Virus record (IMG/VR): IMGVR_UViG_3300007609_000005
Location: 32,001 to 96,000 of that record
Length of the DNA stretch: 64,000 bases
Source of the DNA: a virus
Strand: one strand, 5' to 3'
This document shows positions 1 through 10,735 of this stretch, in pieces; position 1 is the first letter of the stretch, and every line of letters begins with the position of its first letter. A program made the translations under genes and the position numbers. The notes under the pieces were generated by a model, which was not told where the DNA came from, ran no database searches, and worked only from the letters and a program-made list of their open reading frames with translations.

Positions 1-1442
1 TTTAAATTAGGTTCGTGACCCAATTTAAGACCAATAGCAGCCATAAGATTGACCACCTCCTTATTTGATACAAACTTATCATTTGATATATCAGTAACAT
101 TCATAAATTTACCCTTCAATGGAAATGCACCCATTAATTCAGGTGTTCTGTATTTTCGGAAAGCACTAGTGGCTGAATCACCCTCAAATATTCCCAATTG
201 ACACTTCCACCGGGTCTTTCCTTTGGCATCGATCAACTTATCAACTTTTTTACTCGATAAAGACTTATTCAATTTTCTTTTTTTCCTCATCTCATCGGCA
301 AGTTCTTTCTGTTTTACCCAATCAAGTATAGAACTTACAATCTCAGACTTAAGTACTTGTTGAATGAATTTTTTAGATACTGTGTGAGTTGTTTTAAACT
401 CCTTCTGTTCAGTTATCAATTTATCCTTTGTCTGTGATTGGAAAAATGGATTAATGACCGTACAGTTAAGGTAAAGTGCCATATGATTCTTTATATTGGA
501 AGGTTTCACATCAACCTTGTGTTTTTTCTGAAAATATTCCCTCAATTCCTTCACAACTTGGTCTATTATGAAATCAACATGTGTTCCACCATCACTTGTT
601 TCAGTAGTATTCACAAAACTTATATGTTCAAACCCATTTTCGGATGGTGATAATGCAATTGTCCAATCTTTTGATGACTCACTTATATAATCTGTTGTAA
701 ACATCTCTATATAATCTTCAAATTTCTTGAAATCTATTTTCTTGCCATTGAAAGTAACATTCAATTTAGGATTACATGCTGCCACCTCATAACATCTCTT
801 CTCAATCATTGCAAAATGGTTGAGATCTATTTTTCTCATACCAAATTGTTTAAAATCCGGTACGTATGATATCTCAGTATGCTTCCTTGTGAATTTTGTT
901 ATTTTCGCCTTTGTTCTTTTCTTCATATTACTATTGAAAGTTTGAACAAATTTCTTTTTACCATCACTACTCGATACTTTGAATTCTGTTGAAAATATGT
1001 TAGTTAATTTTGCACCTAACCCATTCAATCCAGCAACATCCCTATCCTCTGCATCATCATAATTTGAACCAGAACGTAGAGAGCCGAATATCATCTCAGG
1101 TACATACTTCTTCTCAACCTTATGCATCACAATAGGTATCCCACCATTATCTTTAATGGTTATACGCCCAGTATCTCTATCTACCTTCACATCCAACTTA
1201 TTCAACCTCCCATTCCTCTTATGTTCATCTACCGAATTGGTTATTACCTCATCAAATATCTTTAAGAAAGATGGTATATAAGTAATATCCCTTTTGGACA
1301 TTTTATTGCCATTTTTAACCAACCATTTGGTTTCTGTATGTTTCTTGTTTGAACCCACATATGTCTGTGGCCTTTTCAATACGTGGTCGATCTCATCCAG
1401 TGATTGAAATTCTTCTTCGATTGTCTTCTTTCTCCTTGCCAT
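1..1442 (-). CDS. Type IIA DNA topoisomerase large (ATPase/TOPRIM) subunit, GyrB/T4 gp39-gp60-like; runs off window start
   Basis: Manual translation from ATG at 1442: MARRKKTIEEEFQSLDEIDHVLKRPQTYVGS, GHKL motif GLNGLGAKLTNIFS, TOPRIM motifs IFEGDSA and FPLKGKFMNV. Absent from the ORF track because its stop is outside the window. Confidence 0.93.
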   Translation of the reverse strand, partial: MARRKKTIEEEFQSLDEIDHVLKRPQTYVGSNKKHTETKWLVKNGNKMSKRDITYIPSFLKIFDEVITNSVDEHKRNGRLNKLDVKVDRDTGRITIKDNGGIPIVMHKVEKKYVPEMIFGSLRSGSNYDDAEDRDVAGLNGLGAKLTNIFSTEFKVSSSDGKKKFVQTFNSNMKKRTKAKITKFTRKHTEISYVPDFKQFGMRKIDLNHFAMIEKRCYEVAACNPKLNVTFNGKKIDFKKFEDYIEMFTTDYISESSKDWTIALSPSENGFEHISFVNTTETSDGGTHVDFIIDQVVKELREYFQKKHKVDVKPSNIKNHMALYLNCTVINPFFQSQTKDKLITEQKEFKTTHTVSKKFIQQVLKSEIVSSILDWVKQKELADEMRKKRKLNKSLSSKKVDKLIDAKGKTRWKCQLGIFEGDSATSAFRKYRTPELMGAFPLKGKFMNVTDISNDKFVSNKEVVNLMAAIGLKLGHEPNL

Positions 1443-1521
1443 CCATATTAACTTGATTTGATTTATATATACAATCAATGAGTCTTTCACGAATTATTAG
1501 GAATTCAAAATCAATATAATA

Positions 1522-1889
1522 TCAATTGTACTTTTCTTTATACATTGATTTCAGTTTATCTAAACGGGCTTCAAGTCTTTTAAATTTCGGTTCTTCTGCA
1601 GCCTGCTCCATTTCATCATCAGAATCATCATATTTATATAACAGGTCTTCTAATTTTTTTCCAATCGTTCAATTTCACCCTTATCTTTGATCTGTTGTTC
1701 AGTCATCTTATTTGATGATGATATATTCTTTAGACTACTTTCTAATTTAGATATGTCAGTATATGTTCCAGTTTTTGTACTTGGTTTCATTTTATCCAAT
1801 AATGATTCAAGTAATGATTTCATCATATTATATGCCTCATTACCATCATACTTATTGTTCTCGTTAAATTCTATCCAATTATCAATAAT
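1522..1889 (-). pseudogene. Frameshifted small gene with the N-terminal virion-targeting-like peptide (IIDNWIEFNE)
   Basis: Behind a TATATA element. The frame runs from ATT (1889) to TAG (1650-1652) through an A7 run (plus-strand T 1654-1660). One extra A continues it as KKLEDLLYKYDD...KEKYN to TGA at 1522. Confidence 0.55.
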
Positions 1890-1975
1890 ATACTATATAT
1901 TAATATAAATAAGATGCAAAGTACTATGTTATATATAACAAAAAACATAGATAATGTTTCACAATAGATAATATA

Positions 1976-3322
1976 ATGCATATGGAAAAGAAAAATATCG
2001 AAAACTTCCTCAATGAAGAATATAAAGAATTTGCAATGTATTCCCTGGAATCAAGGGCAATTGCATCAATGATCGATGGATTTAAACCGGTTCAAAGAAA
2101 AATCATCCACATATCATCCAATATATGGAAAACTGGAAATGAAAAAACACTTAGAGTGTTTCAATTGTCCGGTAAAGTTGCAAGTGATTCATTCTACCAC
2201 CATGGAGATAAATCACTGAATGATGCCATTATCAATATGGCACAAAGTTTTAAGAACAATGCACCATTATTGGACGAAGATGGACAATTTGGATCACTTA
2301 GATCCCCCGAATCAGGTGCACCACGATATATAGGGACTCGTTTAAATTCGAGTTTTAGAAAAATATACAAAGATTTCAACTTACTTGAAAATCAAATAGA
2401 AGAAGGAGAAATGATAGAACCTAAATTCCTTCTACCTATAATCCCAATGCTACTTATAAATGGTGGCGGTGGTATTGCAGTAGGATTCCGATCCGAAATA
2501 CTCAATAGAGATGTTAAAACAGTAGCAAGGGAATGTCTCAGATTCTTAAAATCCAATAGGGTCAATAAAATACCACCCCACTTAAATGGATTCAAAGGAA
2601 CTTATAGACAAGATGATGACAATCCCAATAAGTGGTGGGTAAAGGGTGTTTTCGAACGTGTTAATACGACAACAGTTAAAATAACAGAACTCCCACCATC
2701 TATAACATATCAGAATTATGAAGACCACCTCGAAAAATTGATTGAAAACGATGCAATAAAATCATATGAAGATAATTGCCGAGATGATGTTAATTATGTT
2801 ATCAAAATGAGTAGAAAAGACCTGAAAGAAATAACTGATGATAAATTGGTAAAGTTACTGAAGTTGGAAGAAACTCAATATGAATATCTAAATGTTTTGG
2901 ATGAAAATGGGAAACTGAAAACATTCACAGATGTTAAAGATATACTCAAATATTTTGTGAAATTCAGATTGAAATGGTATGATATCCGTAAGAAAACAAT
3001 CCTTGAAAATATGGAGAAAGACCTTAAGGTAATGACCAATAAGGCCAAATTCATATCCCTCATAATAAAAGGCGATATACTTATAAATAACATCAAAAAG
3101 ACAGACATTGAAAAATCAATTGCCAAATATAAATTAGATAAGGTATTGGGTTCTTACAATTACCTTTTTAAGATACCAATCCATAACCTCACCAAAGAAA
3201 ACTATGAAAAGATACAGAATGATATGAAAGCATCCAAGAAAGACATATCATATCTCAAAAAGGTGAAACCCAAGGATATGTATATCGATGAATTGGAAGA
3301 TTTTATAAAGAAATGGAAATAA
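1976..3322 (+). CDS. Type IIA DNA topoisomerase DNA-cleavage subunit, T4 gp52/GyrA-like
   Basis: DGFKPVQRK, YHHGD, GQFGS, catalytic APRY, GIAVG. 448 aa with no beta-pinwheel CTD, like gp52. Confidence 0.93.
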   Translation: MHMEKKNIENFLNEEYKEFAMYSLESRAIASMIDGFKPVQRKIIHISSNIWKTGNEKTLRVFQLSGKVASDSFYHHGDKSLNDAIINMAQSFKNNAPLLDEDGQFGSLRSPESGAPRYIGTRLNSSFRKIYKDFNLLENQIEEGEMIEPKFLLPIIPMLLINGGGGIAVGFRSEILNRDVKTVARECLRFLKSNRVNKIPPHLNGFKGTYRQDDDNPNKWWVKGVFERVNTTTVKITELPPSITYQNYEDHLEKLIENDAIKSYEDNCRDDVNYVIKMSRKDLKEITDDKLVKLLKLEETQYEYLNVLDENGKLKTFTDVKDILKYFVKFRLKWYDIRKKTILENMEKDLKVMTNKAKFISLIIKGDILINNIKKTDIEKSIAKYKLDKVLGSYNYLFKIPIHNLTKENYEKIQNDMKASKKDISYLKKVKPKDMYIDELEDFIKKWK

Positions 3323-3362
3323 TACGAAAATAATTATTACCTTTGTTCAAAATACTATAAAT

Positions 3363-3938
3363 ATGTTCATAGGTACTTATTTTGTAAAACGACTATTCTA
3401 TTTTAATATATTCATATCACTCTTAACATTCTTCACACCACTTGGTGAATATTTGTTAATGGGGTTTGGATTAATTGACTTTTGGAACCCGATTCAATTG
3501 ATAGGATACCTATTTCTTCATGGAAATTTTAATCATCTATTTGGAAATATGATTGGATTAATTGTTTTTGGACCTATTGTAGAACAATATACAGGTGCTA
3601 AAAAATTCATTTTATATTACTTAATAATGGGAATAGTTGCCGGTATATCTCAATTGTTATTAGGTTCATCCAATGCTATGTTAATTGGTGCATCCGGTTC
3701 AATATTCGGATTGATAACATTTGCATTCTTATTGAACCCAAATATGAAATTCTTGTTTGGAATACCATTTAAATTGGTATTCTATGCAATTATTGGATTT
3801 GAAATATTTGCACTGTTCGGTCCACTCGATAATATCGGACACATCGCCCATTTATTCGGTGCATTGACCGGACTTCTTCTATTCATTTACGAATGTGGTT
3901 TCAATCCACAGAAATGGAAAAAATTATACTTGTTTTGA
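3363..3938 (+). CDS. Rhomboid intramembrane serine protease
   Basis: Multiple TM helices, HLFGNM, catalytic GASG, AHLFG. Confidence 0.9.
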   Translation: MFIGTYFVKRLFYFNIFISLLTFFTPLGEYLLMGFGLIDFWNPIQLIGYLFLHGNFNHLFGNMIGLIVFGPIVEQYTGAKKFILYYLIMGIVAGISQLLLGSSNAMLIGASGSIFGLITFAFLLNPNMKFLFGIPFKLVFYAIIGFEIFALFGPLDNIGHIAHLFGALTGLLLFIYECGFNPQKWKKLYLF

Positions 3939-4387
3939 TAAAAGAAAAAATTTCAAATACATATAGGTACTTACTAATATGTTCCCCCTCTATGGGTGAA
4001 TATCATACGGTAGATTACATGGAAGAAAAATATAATTCCCTAATAGGAATCCATAATAAAGATCTATCAGAAAAGTATAAGCCTTTACTTCGCCTATCCG
4101 AAGAATTCTATAATTGGATGGATGTATTCCAAGTATCCGATGAAGAAGTTGAACGTATGGGGTATAATGTCTTATATTGGACATTGAAATTAAAACATTT
4201 TCCACCATTTAATGAACATATGAAAATTTTCAGAGAGATAATAGGTGACCCAAATGACATCAACCTAGATAATAATTGTTCAATACACCCACTCATTAAT
4301 GAAAGAATAGAAACTATAATACTCTCGCAGCCACAAATTAAAAGAAATATTAAAATATATGAGATATTAAATTATATTATATCATGA
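3935..4387 (+). CDS. Hypothetical protein with C-terminal RxxK[LI]xx[LI]L motif
   Basis: ORF (TTG start overlapping upstream stop; start uncertain); ends RNIKIYEILNYIIS. Confidence 0.65.
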   Translation: MIKEKISNTYRYLLICSPSMGEYHTVDYMEEKYNSLIGIHNKDLSEKYKPLLRLSEEFYNWMDVFQVSDEEVERMGYNVLYWTLKLKHFPPFNEHMKIFREIIGDPNDINLDNNCSIHPLINERIETIILSQPQIKRNIKIYEILNYIIS

Positions 4388-4752
4388 TGTTGCACAATTT
4401 TCACGAAAAAATAGATAACTTACTAGAAAACCATATTGAATATTACCGTAATTGGTGTATTGATGTCATACAAGACCTAGATGAAAAAATGACCCAGAGT
4501 GAATTAGCATTCTTTCTTTGTGTCTGTATATCTAAATATGGAACATATGATAAAATAAATGAAGTTACTCGCCTAAATTTCAAACACTATGCTGAACATT
4601 TGTCAAACATATTACACGATGATGAAGATTTAAAAAAACAATTTAATACATTTTTAACAGACCCAGACTTACATAAAAAAATCCCGGATACATATACGAA
4701 TCAAGAAATCCGTGAAATAAAATTAAAAAGATTATTGTCGGAAGAGAAATAA
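4384..4752 (+). CDS. Hypothetical protein with C-terminal motif
   Basis: ATGA overlap; ends IREIKLKRLLSEEK. Confidence 0.7.
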   Translation: MMLHNFHEKIDNLLENHIEYYRNWCIDVIQDLDEKMTQSELAFFLCVCISKYGTYDKINEVTRLNFKHYAEHLSNILHDDEDLKKQFNTFLTDPDLHKKIPDTYTNQEIREIKLKRLLSEEK

Positions 4753-4802
4753 TTTGTACATTTGTAATTCCAAATACGAAACATTAATAAAAACAAAAAG
4801 AA

Positions 4803-6602
4803 ATGCCAGAGAAAATTCAACTAAACCAATCAGAAGAAAACGAGATGAAAGAACCTAAAATTGGTAAATTTCGTCCAAAGAAATTGATGAAAACATTCCT
4901 TATGGTAAAAGGTAGAGGAAGAGTTCATACAGAAACTGCATTCCTTTCAGGAAAGGCACTAAGTGGCATGTTAGAACACGTTACTTTTAAATTGACAATT
5001 TGTGACGAAGGCACGGTCGATTTCGAAGAAGTTGATACCAACGAATGTGATGAAAATATGATGAAACGCCTTCTTGATGATATTACAGAACGTAATGTTG
5101 TATTGTATGCCGAAAAAACGGTTATCCCATCATTGAAGTTCAGTGCCGGTGAAGAATTCCAAAACCAATTGGTCTATTTGGAAATCGAAGAAGAAGCCAA
5201 ACCATTCAACAAACTACAAGGAATTTTCAACGAAAAACCAGAAGTTTCGAATAAAGCCAATGATTTCCTTGGAGATTTACTTGGGATTGACCCATCTGAA
5301 TCAAATTCCGAATCAAATGAAGAAGAAACTGAGGAAGAACAGGAAGAAGAAGTAACAGACACCACAGAAAAGCCCGAAGTGGTCGAAGAAGAAACTTCTG
5401 AAGGCTCTATGTATAAAGAGATGATGAAAGAAGCACTGGCAGAAGCAAATGCTAAGAAGAAAGCAGAACTTCAAAAAAGAATTGACCAATGTTTGGATGA
5501 TAAAAAGAAGCAAACATTTGCTCTCCAAACTGCTGAACAGCAACTTGATAAAATTGAAGAAGATCTAAAGATCTTGAATACTCGAAAAGAGTCAATGCAA
5601 CCACAACTCGACCCCAATGGATATGTTTTCTATGTAGCACCCGGTGAGAATTCCGGTGTTGATCCAACTGATACAACAACCATCGAAGTAATTGAGAAAT
5701 TAGCACCGTTGATGAAGTTGAATGTTCCGGCAGTACTCGATGTACTCGGACAAACAACATATGAGATCAGAATTGATCGTAAAGGGGTGTATGAAGACAC
5801 TGAAATTGCAGAAGATGAAATTAATGAACTTGTTATGAACTTTGACATTTTGGGACAAACAACAATGACAAATAAAAATGTTTTCTCATACCAAGGTGAA
5901 TTGACATGGCACCAGATTGTTGATAAACTTTTGAAACTTGGTTTTGAACAAGATTCAGAGTATGACAAACTGTGTGGATCTCCTTCTTACCAAAGTACTA
6001 CTGATAATTATGACACATCAAGTGTTGATGCGGAATCAGATGAAAATCCTACACCGGAAACTCCTGTGGGCGAAAAAAGTGAAAACTTCAAATCAAGAAA
6101 ACTTCGTTCATTCAAAGAACAGACAATCGTTATTCTTGATGCAAACGGTAGTGATGTAGCACCTTCGGTAGATGTTGAAATTAATGATGACGAAGAATAC
6201 CTTGACCTATATGTTGATGGTGCGAAACTTGATGTGAATGTAAGAACACAAGGATTCGCCAACATTATGACCAAAGAACAATTTGATAGAGTAATGGAGG
6301 AAGACGGTGAATTATTAAGTAGTTGCGATGGGTGGTTCAATGGTGTAGTTATTCCTAACTTCACAGGTGATATTGAAATCACAGGACATGATTACTCAAC
6401 CGGTGAATTCAAAACTGATTTTGATGAATCAAGTTTCATTAACCACCAAGAAGGTTTTGAAACTATTAATGTTGGTCTTAACTTCCCAGTAGGAACAGAA
6501 GTATATGAATTAAACAAAGATTTTTCATATCCAATGAATGTTTTGAGAGATGCAATGAACACAGGCGTTCTTGATGAAGACTCTGACAATTCAGAGGATT
6601 AA
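4803..6602 (+). CDS. Large acidic hypothetical protein with central coiled coil
   Basis: 599 aa ORF after a TAnnTTTG promoter (4757), followed by a terminator. Confidence 0.8.
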   Translation: MPEKIQLNQSEENEMKEPKIGKFRPKKLMKTFLMVKGRGRVHTETAFLSGKALSGMLEHVTFKLTICDEGTVDFEEVDTNECDENMMKRLLDDITERNVVLYAEKTVIPSLKFSAGEEFQNQLVYLEIEEEAKPFNKLQGIFNEKPEVSNKANDFLGDLLGIDPSESNSESNEEETEEEQEEEVTDTTEKPEVVEEETSEGSMYKEMMKEALAEANAKKKAELQKRIDQCLDDKKKQTFALQTAEQQLDKIEEDLKILNTRKESMQPQLDPNGYVFYVAPGENSGVDPTDTTTIEVIEKLAPLMKLNVPAVLDVLGQTTYEIRIDRKGVYEDTEIAEDEINELVMNFDILGQTTMTNKNVFSYQGELTWHQIVDKLLKLGFEQDSEYDKLCGSPSYQSTTDNYDTSSVDAESDENPTPETPVGEKSENFKSRKLRSFKEQTIVILDANGSDVAPSVDVEINDDEEYLDLYVDGAKLDVNVRTQGFANIMTKEQFDRVMEEDGELLSSCDGWFNGVVIPNFTGDIEITGHDYSTGEFKTDFDESSFINHQEGFETINVGLNFPVGTEVYELNKDFSYPMNVLRDAMNTGVLDEDSDNSED

Positions 6603-6620
6603 GAATGAAATCATATAAAC

Positions 6621-6653
6621 AAAAAAGGGATTCTATTCGAATCCCTTTTTTTT
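6621..6653. terminator. Bidirectional intrinsic terminator
   Basis: AAAAAAGGGATTC-TATTC-GAATCCCTTTTTTTT between convergent genes. Confidence 0.85.
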
Positions 6654-6665
6654 ATTCAATACATA

Positions 6666-7187
6666 TTATACTTTTGGTTCTTCACCATCAATATCACTCT
6701 TAGGTTCTTCAATAACCTCTTCTTCACCACTTGTAAGTTCAACCGGTTCATTATATACTTCATCAATATCTGAACGAGAATTATTTACCGTACTATCTTC
6801 TTTCATAGTTACTTCCATATCATCACCATATATCATTTCTTGGTCTGAATATTCCTTTTCTTGATAAGCACCATCATTGATAATCTCCTCTTTATATTCC
6901 ATATATGAACTATCATCCATATATTCTCCAGATGAGTATGTGCCATCTTCATAATCTTCTTCGTGTGTATCAGAAAGTGAATCACTTTCTTGACCATTAC
7001 AACAACCAGATGTACAACCACATGATACATTAGCACAGATTTCCTTTGCCCTTTTTGTTACCATCATATCAATTGCCTCACCAAATAAGTTTTTTTCCTC
7101 TTCGGTCATTGTACTGAAAAATGCACCTTCAGCAAATAACACAGATGTAATTTCATTAAGCCTTTGTTCGAAATAATTATCTTCCAT
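6666..7187 (-). CDS. Highly acidic hypothetical protein with Cys cluster (CANVSCGCTSGCC)
   Basis: 173 aa ORF preceded by TATATA. Confidence 0.7.
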   Translation of the reverse strand: MEDNYFEQRLNEITSVLFAEGAFFSTMTEEEKNLFGEAIDMMVTKRAKEICANVSCGCTSGCCNGQESDSLSDTHEEDYEDGTYSSGEYMDDSSYMEYKEEIINDGAYQEKEYSDQEMIYGDDMEVTMKEDSTVNNSRSDIDEVYNEPVELTSGEEEVIEEPKSDIDGEEPKV

Positions 7188-7288
7188 AATTTTGTTTGTT
7201 TTTAATATATATCAAGAACAAATACAATGATATTTCACAGAGGATTCTCTTTATTTTTATCCATTATGAATGAATCGAATAAATAAAT

Positions 7289-8968
7289 CTATACACACAA
7301 ATTATATTTTAACTTACCACAATCCCATATACGTTCAATTTTATTACTTTGCATATATGATTTTTCAGATTCTTTTTCGGAAATACTCTCTAATTTATCC
7401 CTTTGAAAACTTCTTTTATTGACCCTACTACCATTAACAATATATTTATAGTCCGGACCACTACTTTTCACCCTCTCAAATCCAAGTTTTTCATATAGAT
7501 TGCCTTCACTCCAACACCTATCTGCATAACTGATTATACGGGTTGCATTATATTCCCTTATAAACCATTTCAACAATTTCCCGGCACCACCAATAACATT
7601 CGTGTTCAATTTGTTACAGAACCTCGAAAGATTCCATTCACCATCATCCATCTTCACCCTCCCCTCGAATTTATTGAATGTCATTACTGCCACAAGTTCA
7701 TCATTGTATAAAAGACCAATATAAACAGAACTTCTATCATTCCCTTGTATATGATTTTCCTTTAAAAACTCAGAACACCGTCTAGTACTTAATTTAACAA
7801 CTTCACATTTCCGTGCCCCTATTTTCGTATCACTTATAGATAATATACTTGATATCTGACTCTTTATGATTGAACCTCTTTCAACCCAATCATCTTCCCA
7901 TATATGTATGATACGTATACCTTTATCATTGAAATATGATGTTTTATCAATGTGGTAGTTTTTATACTTATATTTCTCAGAATGCCAATAAAGCCCATTG
8001 AATTCAAAGCCTATTTTCAACTCCGGTAAGTAAATATCAATTTCCAAACCATCTCGATAAGACCTCACCACTTCACCATTATATATTGAATTGATGTATT
8101 CATATAACTCACCCTCCTTAATAGAAGTGGAATCCGATATTGGATTACAAACAGTACATAGGTTTACATTTGATTTTTTCCGATTATAGTACATATATGA
8201 TGATATCTCAAAATTATGATCACAACCTTTATCACAATTGAATTCTGAAATATTGTCACCAACATATCCAATGTAATTTTCATCATTTGATAAATGGACA
8301 CTATGACCTCTTATAGATTCAGAAGAATATGGCGAAGTTGAACCATATCTATCTAACATTGTTTTCTTAATTTTTTCTCTAACACCTGGGTCAGATAAAC
8401 TGGACCAATATCCCGTCTTATCATAATATGTTTTGGATATCCTATCATATATTTCTGGAACCTTTGATGGGTGATCCACCCCATACTTCTCCAAAAATGA
8501 ATTTCTTATCATTTCTTTATCATGGAATGGATTTTTAAATCCAAACTTCTCCATATTGGTTTTGGACTTACGTTCTTTATATTCATCCGTTTTAGAATAA
8601 TGATCCACCCCATATCTATCTAAGTTGGTTTCCTTAACTCGGTCTTTATATTGATTGGTCTTCGAATAATGATCCACCCCATATTTTTGAGAATTAGTTA
8701 CTTTATTCTTAACACTAGAACATTTAACACAAGTGTAAATAGGCAGTTCCTCACAAGAATTCACATTCTTGTTATAAGACTGATATGTTATGATATTCTC
8801 AGAAAAACAAACATCACAAGACACTTTAACCTTTTTATTACTCTTTTTCTGAAGATGTATAATATCAATATCTATCACATCGCCACATTCTATACCAACA
8901 TAATATTCACTGAAATGATCAATATTCCTCTTACTTATCTTAACCTTTATTGATTTATCTACTAACAT
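7289..8968 (-). CDS. Free-standing homing-endonuclease-like protein (Zn ribbon, KYGVDH repeats, PD-(D/E)XK/Vsr-like domain, C-terminal GNAT-like domain)
   Basis: Repeats KYGVDHYSK/RYGVDHYSK/KYGVDHPSK; EIDIYLPELKIGFEFNGLYWH; IHIWEDDW; ISYADRCWSEGNLY. Confidence 0.75.
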   Translation of the reverse strand: MLVDKSIKVKISKRNIDHFSEYYVGIECGDVIDIDIIHLQKKSNKKVKVSCDVCFSENIITYQSYNKNVNSCEELPIYTCVKCSSVKNKVTNSQKYGVDHYSKTNQYKDRVKETNLDRYGVDHYSKTDEYKERKSKTNMEKFGFKNPFHDKEMIRNSFLEKYGVDHPSKVPEIYDRISKTYYDKTGYWSSLSDPGVREKIKKTMLDRYGSTSPYSSESIRGHSVHLSNDENYIGYVGDNISEFNCDKGCDHNFEISSYMYYNRKKSNVNLCTVCNPISDSTSIKEGELYEYINSIYNGEVVRSYRDGLEIDIYLPELKIGFEFNGLYWHSEKYKYKNYHIDKTSYFNDKGIRIIHIWEDDWVERGSIIKSQISSILSISDTKIGARKCEVVKLSTRRCSEFLKENHIQGNDRSSVYIGLLYNDELVAVMTFNKFEGRVKMDDGEWNLSRFCNKLNTNVIGGAGKLLKWFIREYNATRIISYADRCWSEGNLYEKLGFERVKSSGPDYKYIVNGSRVNKRSFQRDKLESISEKESEKSYMQSNKIERIWDCGKLKYNLCV

Positions 8969-9036
8969 AACCTATATATTACAATTAAATTCTTCTTATT
9001 ATGGTAATTTTTTGTTGTTTGTTTAAAAAAAAGCAT

Positions 9037-9044
9037 TATCTTTG
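9037..9044 (+). promoter_or_regulatory. Bacteroidota housekeeping-sigma -7 element TAnnTTTG (representative)
   Basis: Same motif upstream of genes at 3338, 4757, 21283, 23459, 24907, 28570, 35575, 38889, 39244, 41431, 44217, 49348, 53324 and 63023 (minus). Confidence 0.75.
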
Positions 9045-9077
9045 TAAAACAAATCTTAAACATATAATAAAATTAAC

Positions 9078-10652
9078 ATGATTATAAACAAGAACATACA
9101 CGAAAAACTCCTTACGTCAATCCAAGAAATGTTGATCGATACGAAAGTTAATCTACCATACTATGGTGAATTTAACTTATTGGTGAACTTTCACGAGTCC
9201 AATAACCTTCCAACATGTGGTGTAAATGTTACATCAAAGGGGATGAACTTCTACTACAATCCGAAGTTCCTACAACACATGTCCCAAAAAGAAGTGAACT
9301 TCGTAACACTACACGAAGATTTCCACTTACTTTTCAATCACCCACGTAGAACAATCACGGGTCAATATAATCACAAATTGTCGAATATTGCACAAGATAT
9401 GATTATCAACTACATCATTTGGGACGATATCTCTCACAATTTTGTAGAAATTCCAAAGGATGAGAATGGTAAGAATATGGCACTGTTCCCACCAAAGGAA
9501 TACAAAGGTAAATTGATCTATGAAGAAGTCTATACTTGGTTGAAAGACGAAAAAGAAAAGTGGGACGAAGAACAGAAGAAAAACTCCGGTGATGGTGATT
9601 GCCAAACATGTAACGGCTCTGGTCAAAAACAAGACCAAAATGATCAAGGTCAAAGTGATGGTCAAGGTCAAGACCAAGGCCAAGGTCAAGGTGATGGTCA
9701 AGGTGATGGTCAAGGTGATGGAGAAGGTCAAGACCAAGGTCAAGGTCAAGGTGATGGTCAAGGTGATGGAGAAGGTCAAGGTCAAGGTGATGGTCAAGGT
9801 GATGGACACAATCACGGTCAATCAGGCGAACCTTGCCCAGATTGTAATGGCACGGGTAACCAAAATGGTATGGATTCATCTGGTAAGCCATCTTATGGTC
9901 CATATGGACAAAACCCATCCGGAGATGGTTCTATTGATACATGGTCAAAAGAACAGATCTTTAAGGACATGGATCAGAATGATGGACAATATATGGATTC
10001 CCACATCACCGATGATGTTCCTGAGGACATGAGAGAAACAATGGTACGAGATGCCATGGAAAGATTGGCTGCACGAGGACTTGCATCAGGTAATATTGAA
10101 ACAACTCTGAATAAACTTCAGAAGAAACGAAAAGATTACTTGAAAGAAATCAAACGTTCAATCTCAAATGAGATCTTCGGTACTAAAAAACAAAAGACTA
10201 TTACTCGAATCAATCGTAGAGGTATCAAAGGTCTTAAAGGTAACCGAAAGACCAAGACAACAATCAACGTTATTCTTGATACATCCGGTTCTATGGGTGG
10301 TCAAGGGACATTTGAAAGAGTTCTGTCGTATGTTTATAGGAACGACATTGAAATAAACTTCATCCAAGGTGATACTGATGTGAAGTGGGTTGAGAAGTTC
10401 AAGAAGAAACGTCAATTGGAAACAATGAAAATCCGAGGTCTTGGTGGCACTGTGCTCCAACCTAGCGTGGATTACTGTGTCGAACACTATAATGAGTACA
10501 ATACTTGTATACTTACGGATGGTTACACAGATACTCTTGACCTCTCTAAGTTGAATGGACGAGTTCTAATGATTTCTGTTGGTGTTGAAGTACCAACTAG
10601 CCGACCACCAAAGAAAGGTGTGAAGCAAATCGTACTTGAAGAAACTCACTAA
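9078..10652 (+). CDS. Metallopeptidase-like/VWA-domain protein (DUF2201 type), probable MoxR ATPase partner
   Basis: HEDFH (HExxH), MIDAS DTSGS, GGT and TDG motifs, Gly/Gln/Asp linker. Confidence 0.85.
   Translation: MIINKNIHEKLLTSIQEMLIDTKVNLPYYGEFNLLVNFHESNNLPTCGVNVTSKGMNFYYNPKFLQHMSQKEVNFVTLHEDFHLLFNHPRRTITGQYNHKLSNIAQDMIINYIIWDDISHNFVEIPKDENGKNMALFPPKEYKGKLIYEEVYTWLKDEKEKWDEEQKKNSGDGDCQTCNGSGQKQDQNDQGQSDGQGQDQGQGQGDGQGDGQGDGEGQDQGQGQGDGQGDGEGQGQGDGQGDGHNHGQSGEPCPDCNGTGNQNGMDSSGKPSYGPYGQNPSGDGSIDTWSKEQIFKDMDQNDGQYMDSHITDDVPEDMRETMVRDAMERLAARGLASGNIETTLNKLQKKRKDYLKEIKRSISNEIFGTKKQKTITRINRRGIKGLKGNRKTKTTINVILDTSGSMGGQGTFERVLSYVYRNDIEINFIQGDTDVKWVEKFKKKRQLETMKIRGLGGTVLQPSVDYCVEHYNEYNTCILTDGYTDTLDLSKLNGRVLMISVGVEVPTSRPPKKGVKQIVLEETH
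9645..9805 (+). repeat. Coding tandem repeat (GGTCAAGGTGAT-type units) encoding GQGD/GQGQ
   Basis: Visible imperfect 6/12-bp tandem repeats. Confidence 0.85.
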
Positions 10653-10682
10653 GAGTTTAACAAGTTGTGTATGTTTGTTTGT

Positions 10683-10714
10683 GAGTGGGGTTGAATTTCA
10701 ACCCCACTCTTTTT
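10683..10714 (+). terminator. Intrinsic terminator
   Basis: GAGTGGGGTTGA-ATT-TCAACCCCACTC-TTTTT. Confidence 0.85.
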
Positions 10715-10735
10715 AACTGAAAAAAGAAAAATAAC

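Noticed and set aside
438-1908. Plus-strand ORFs 438-650 and 1687-1908
   Set aside because: Antisense to the topoisomerase gene and to the frameshifted minus-strand gene.
4803-6602. C-terminal RDAMNTGVL as a copy of the tag
   Set aside because: Too divergent from the consensus to count.
9645-9805. Possible CRISPR array
   Set aside because: Short contiguous in-frame units with no unique spacers.
9327-10032. Alternative-frame ORFs with striking repeats (TITLTL, HHLDHHLD, VKVMVK)
   Set aside because: Shadow translations of the GQGD-encoding tandem repeat within the VWA gene.
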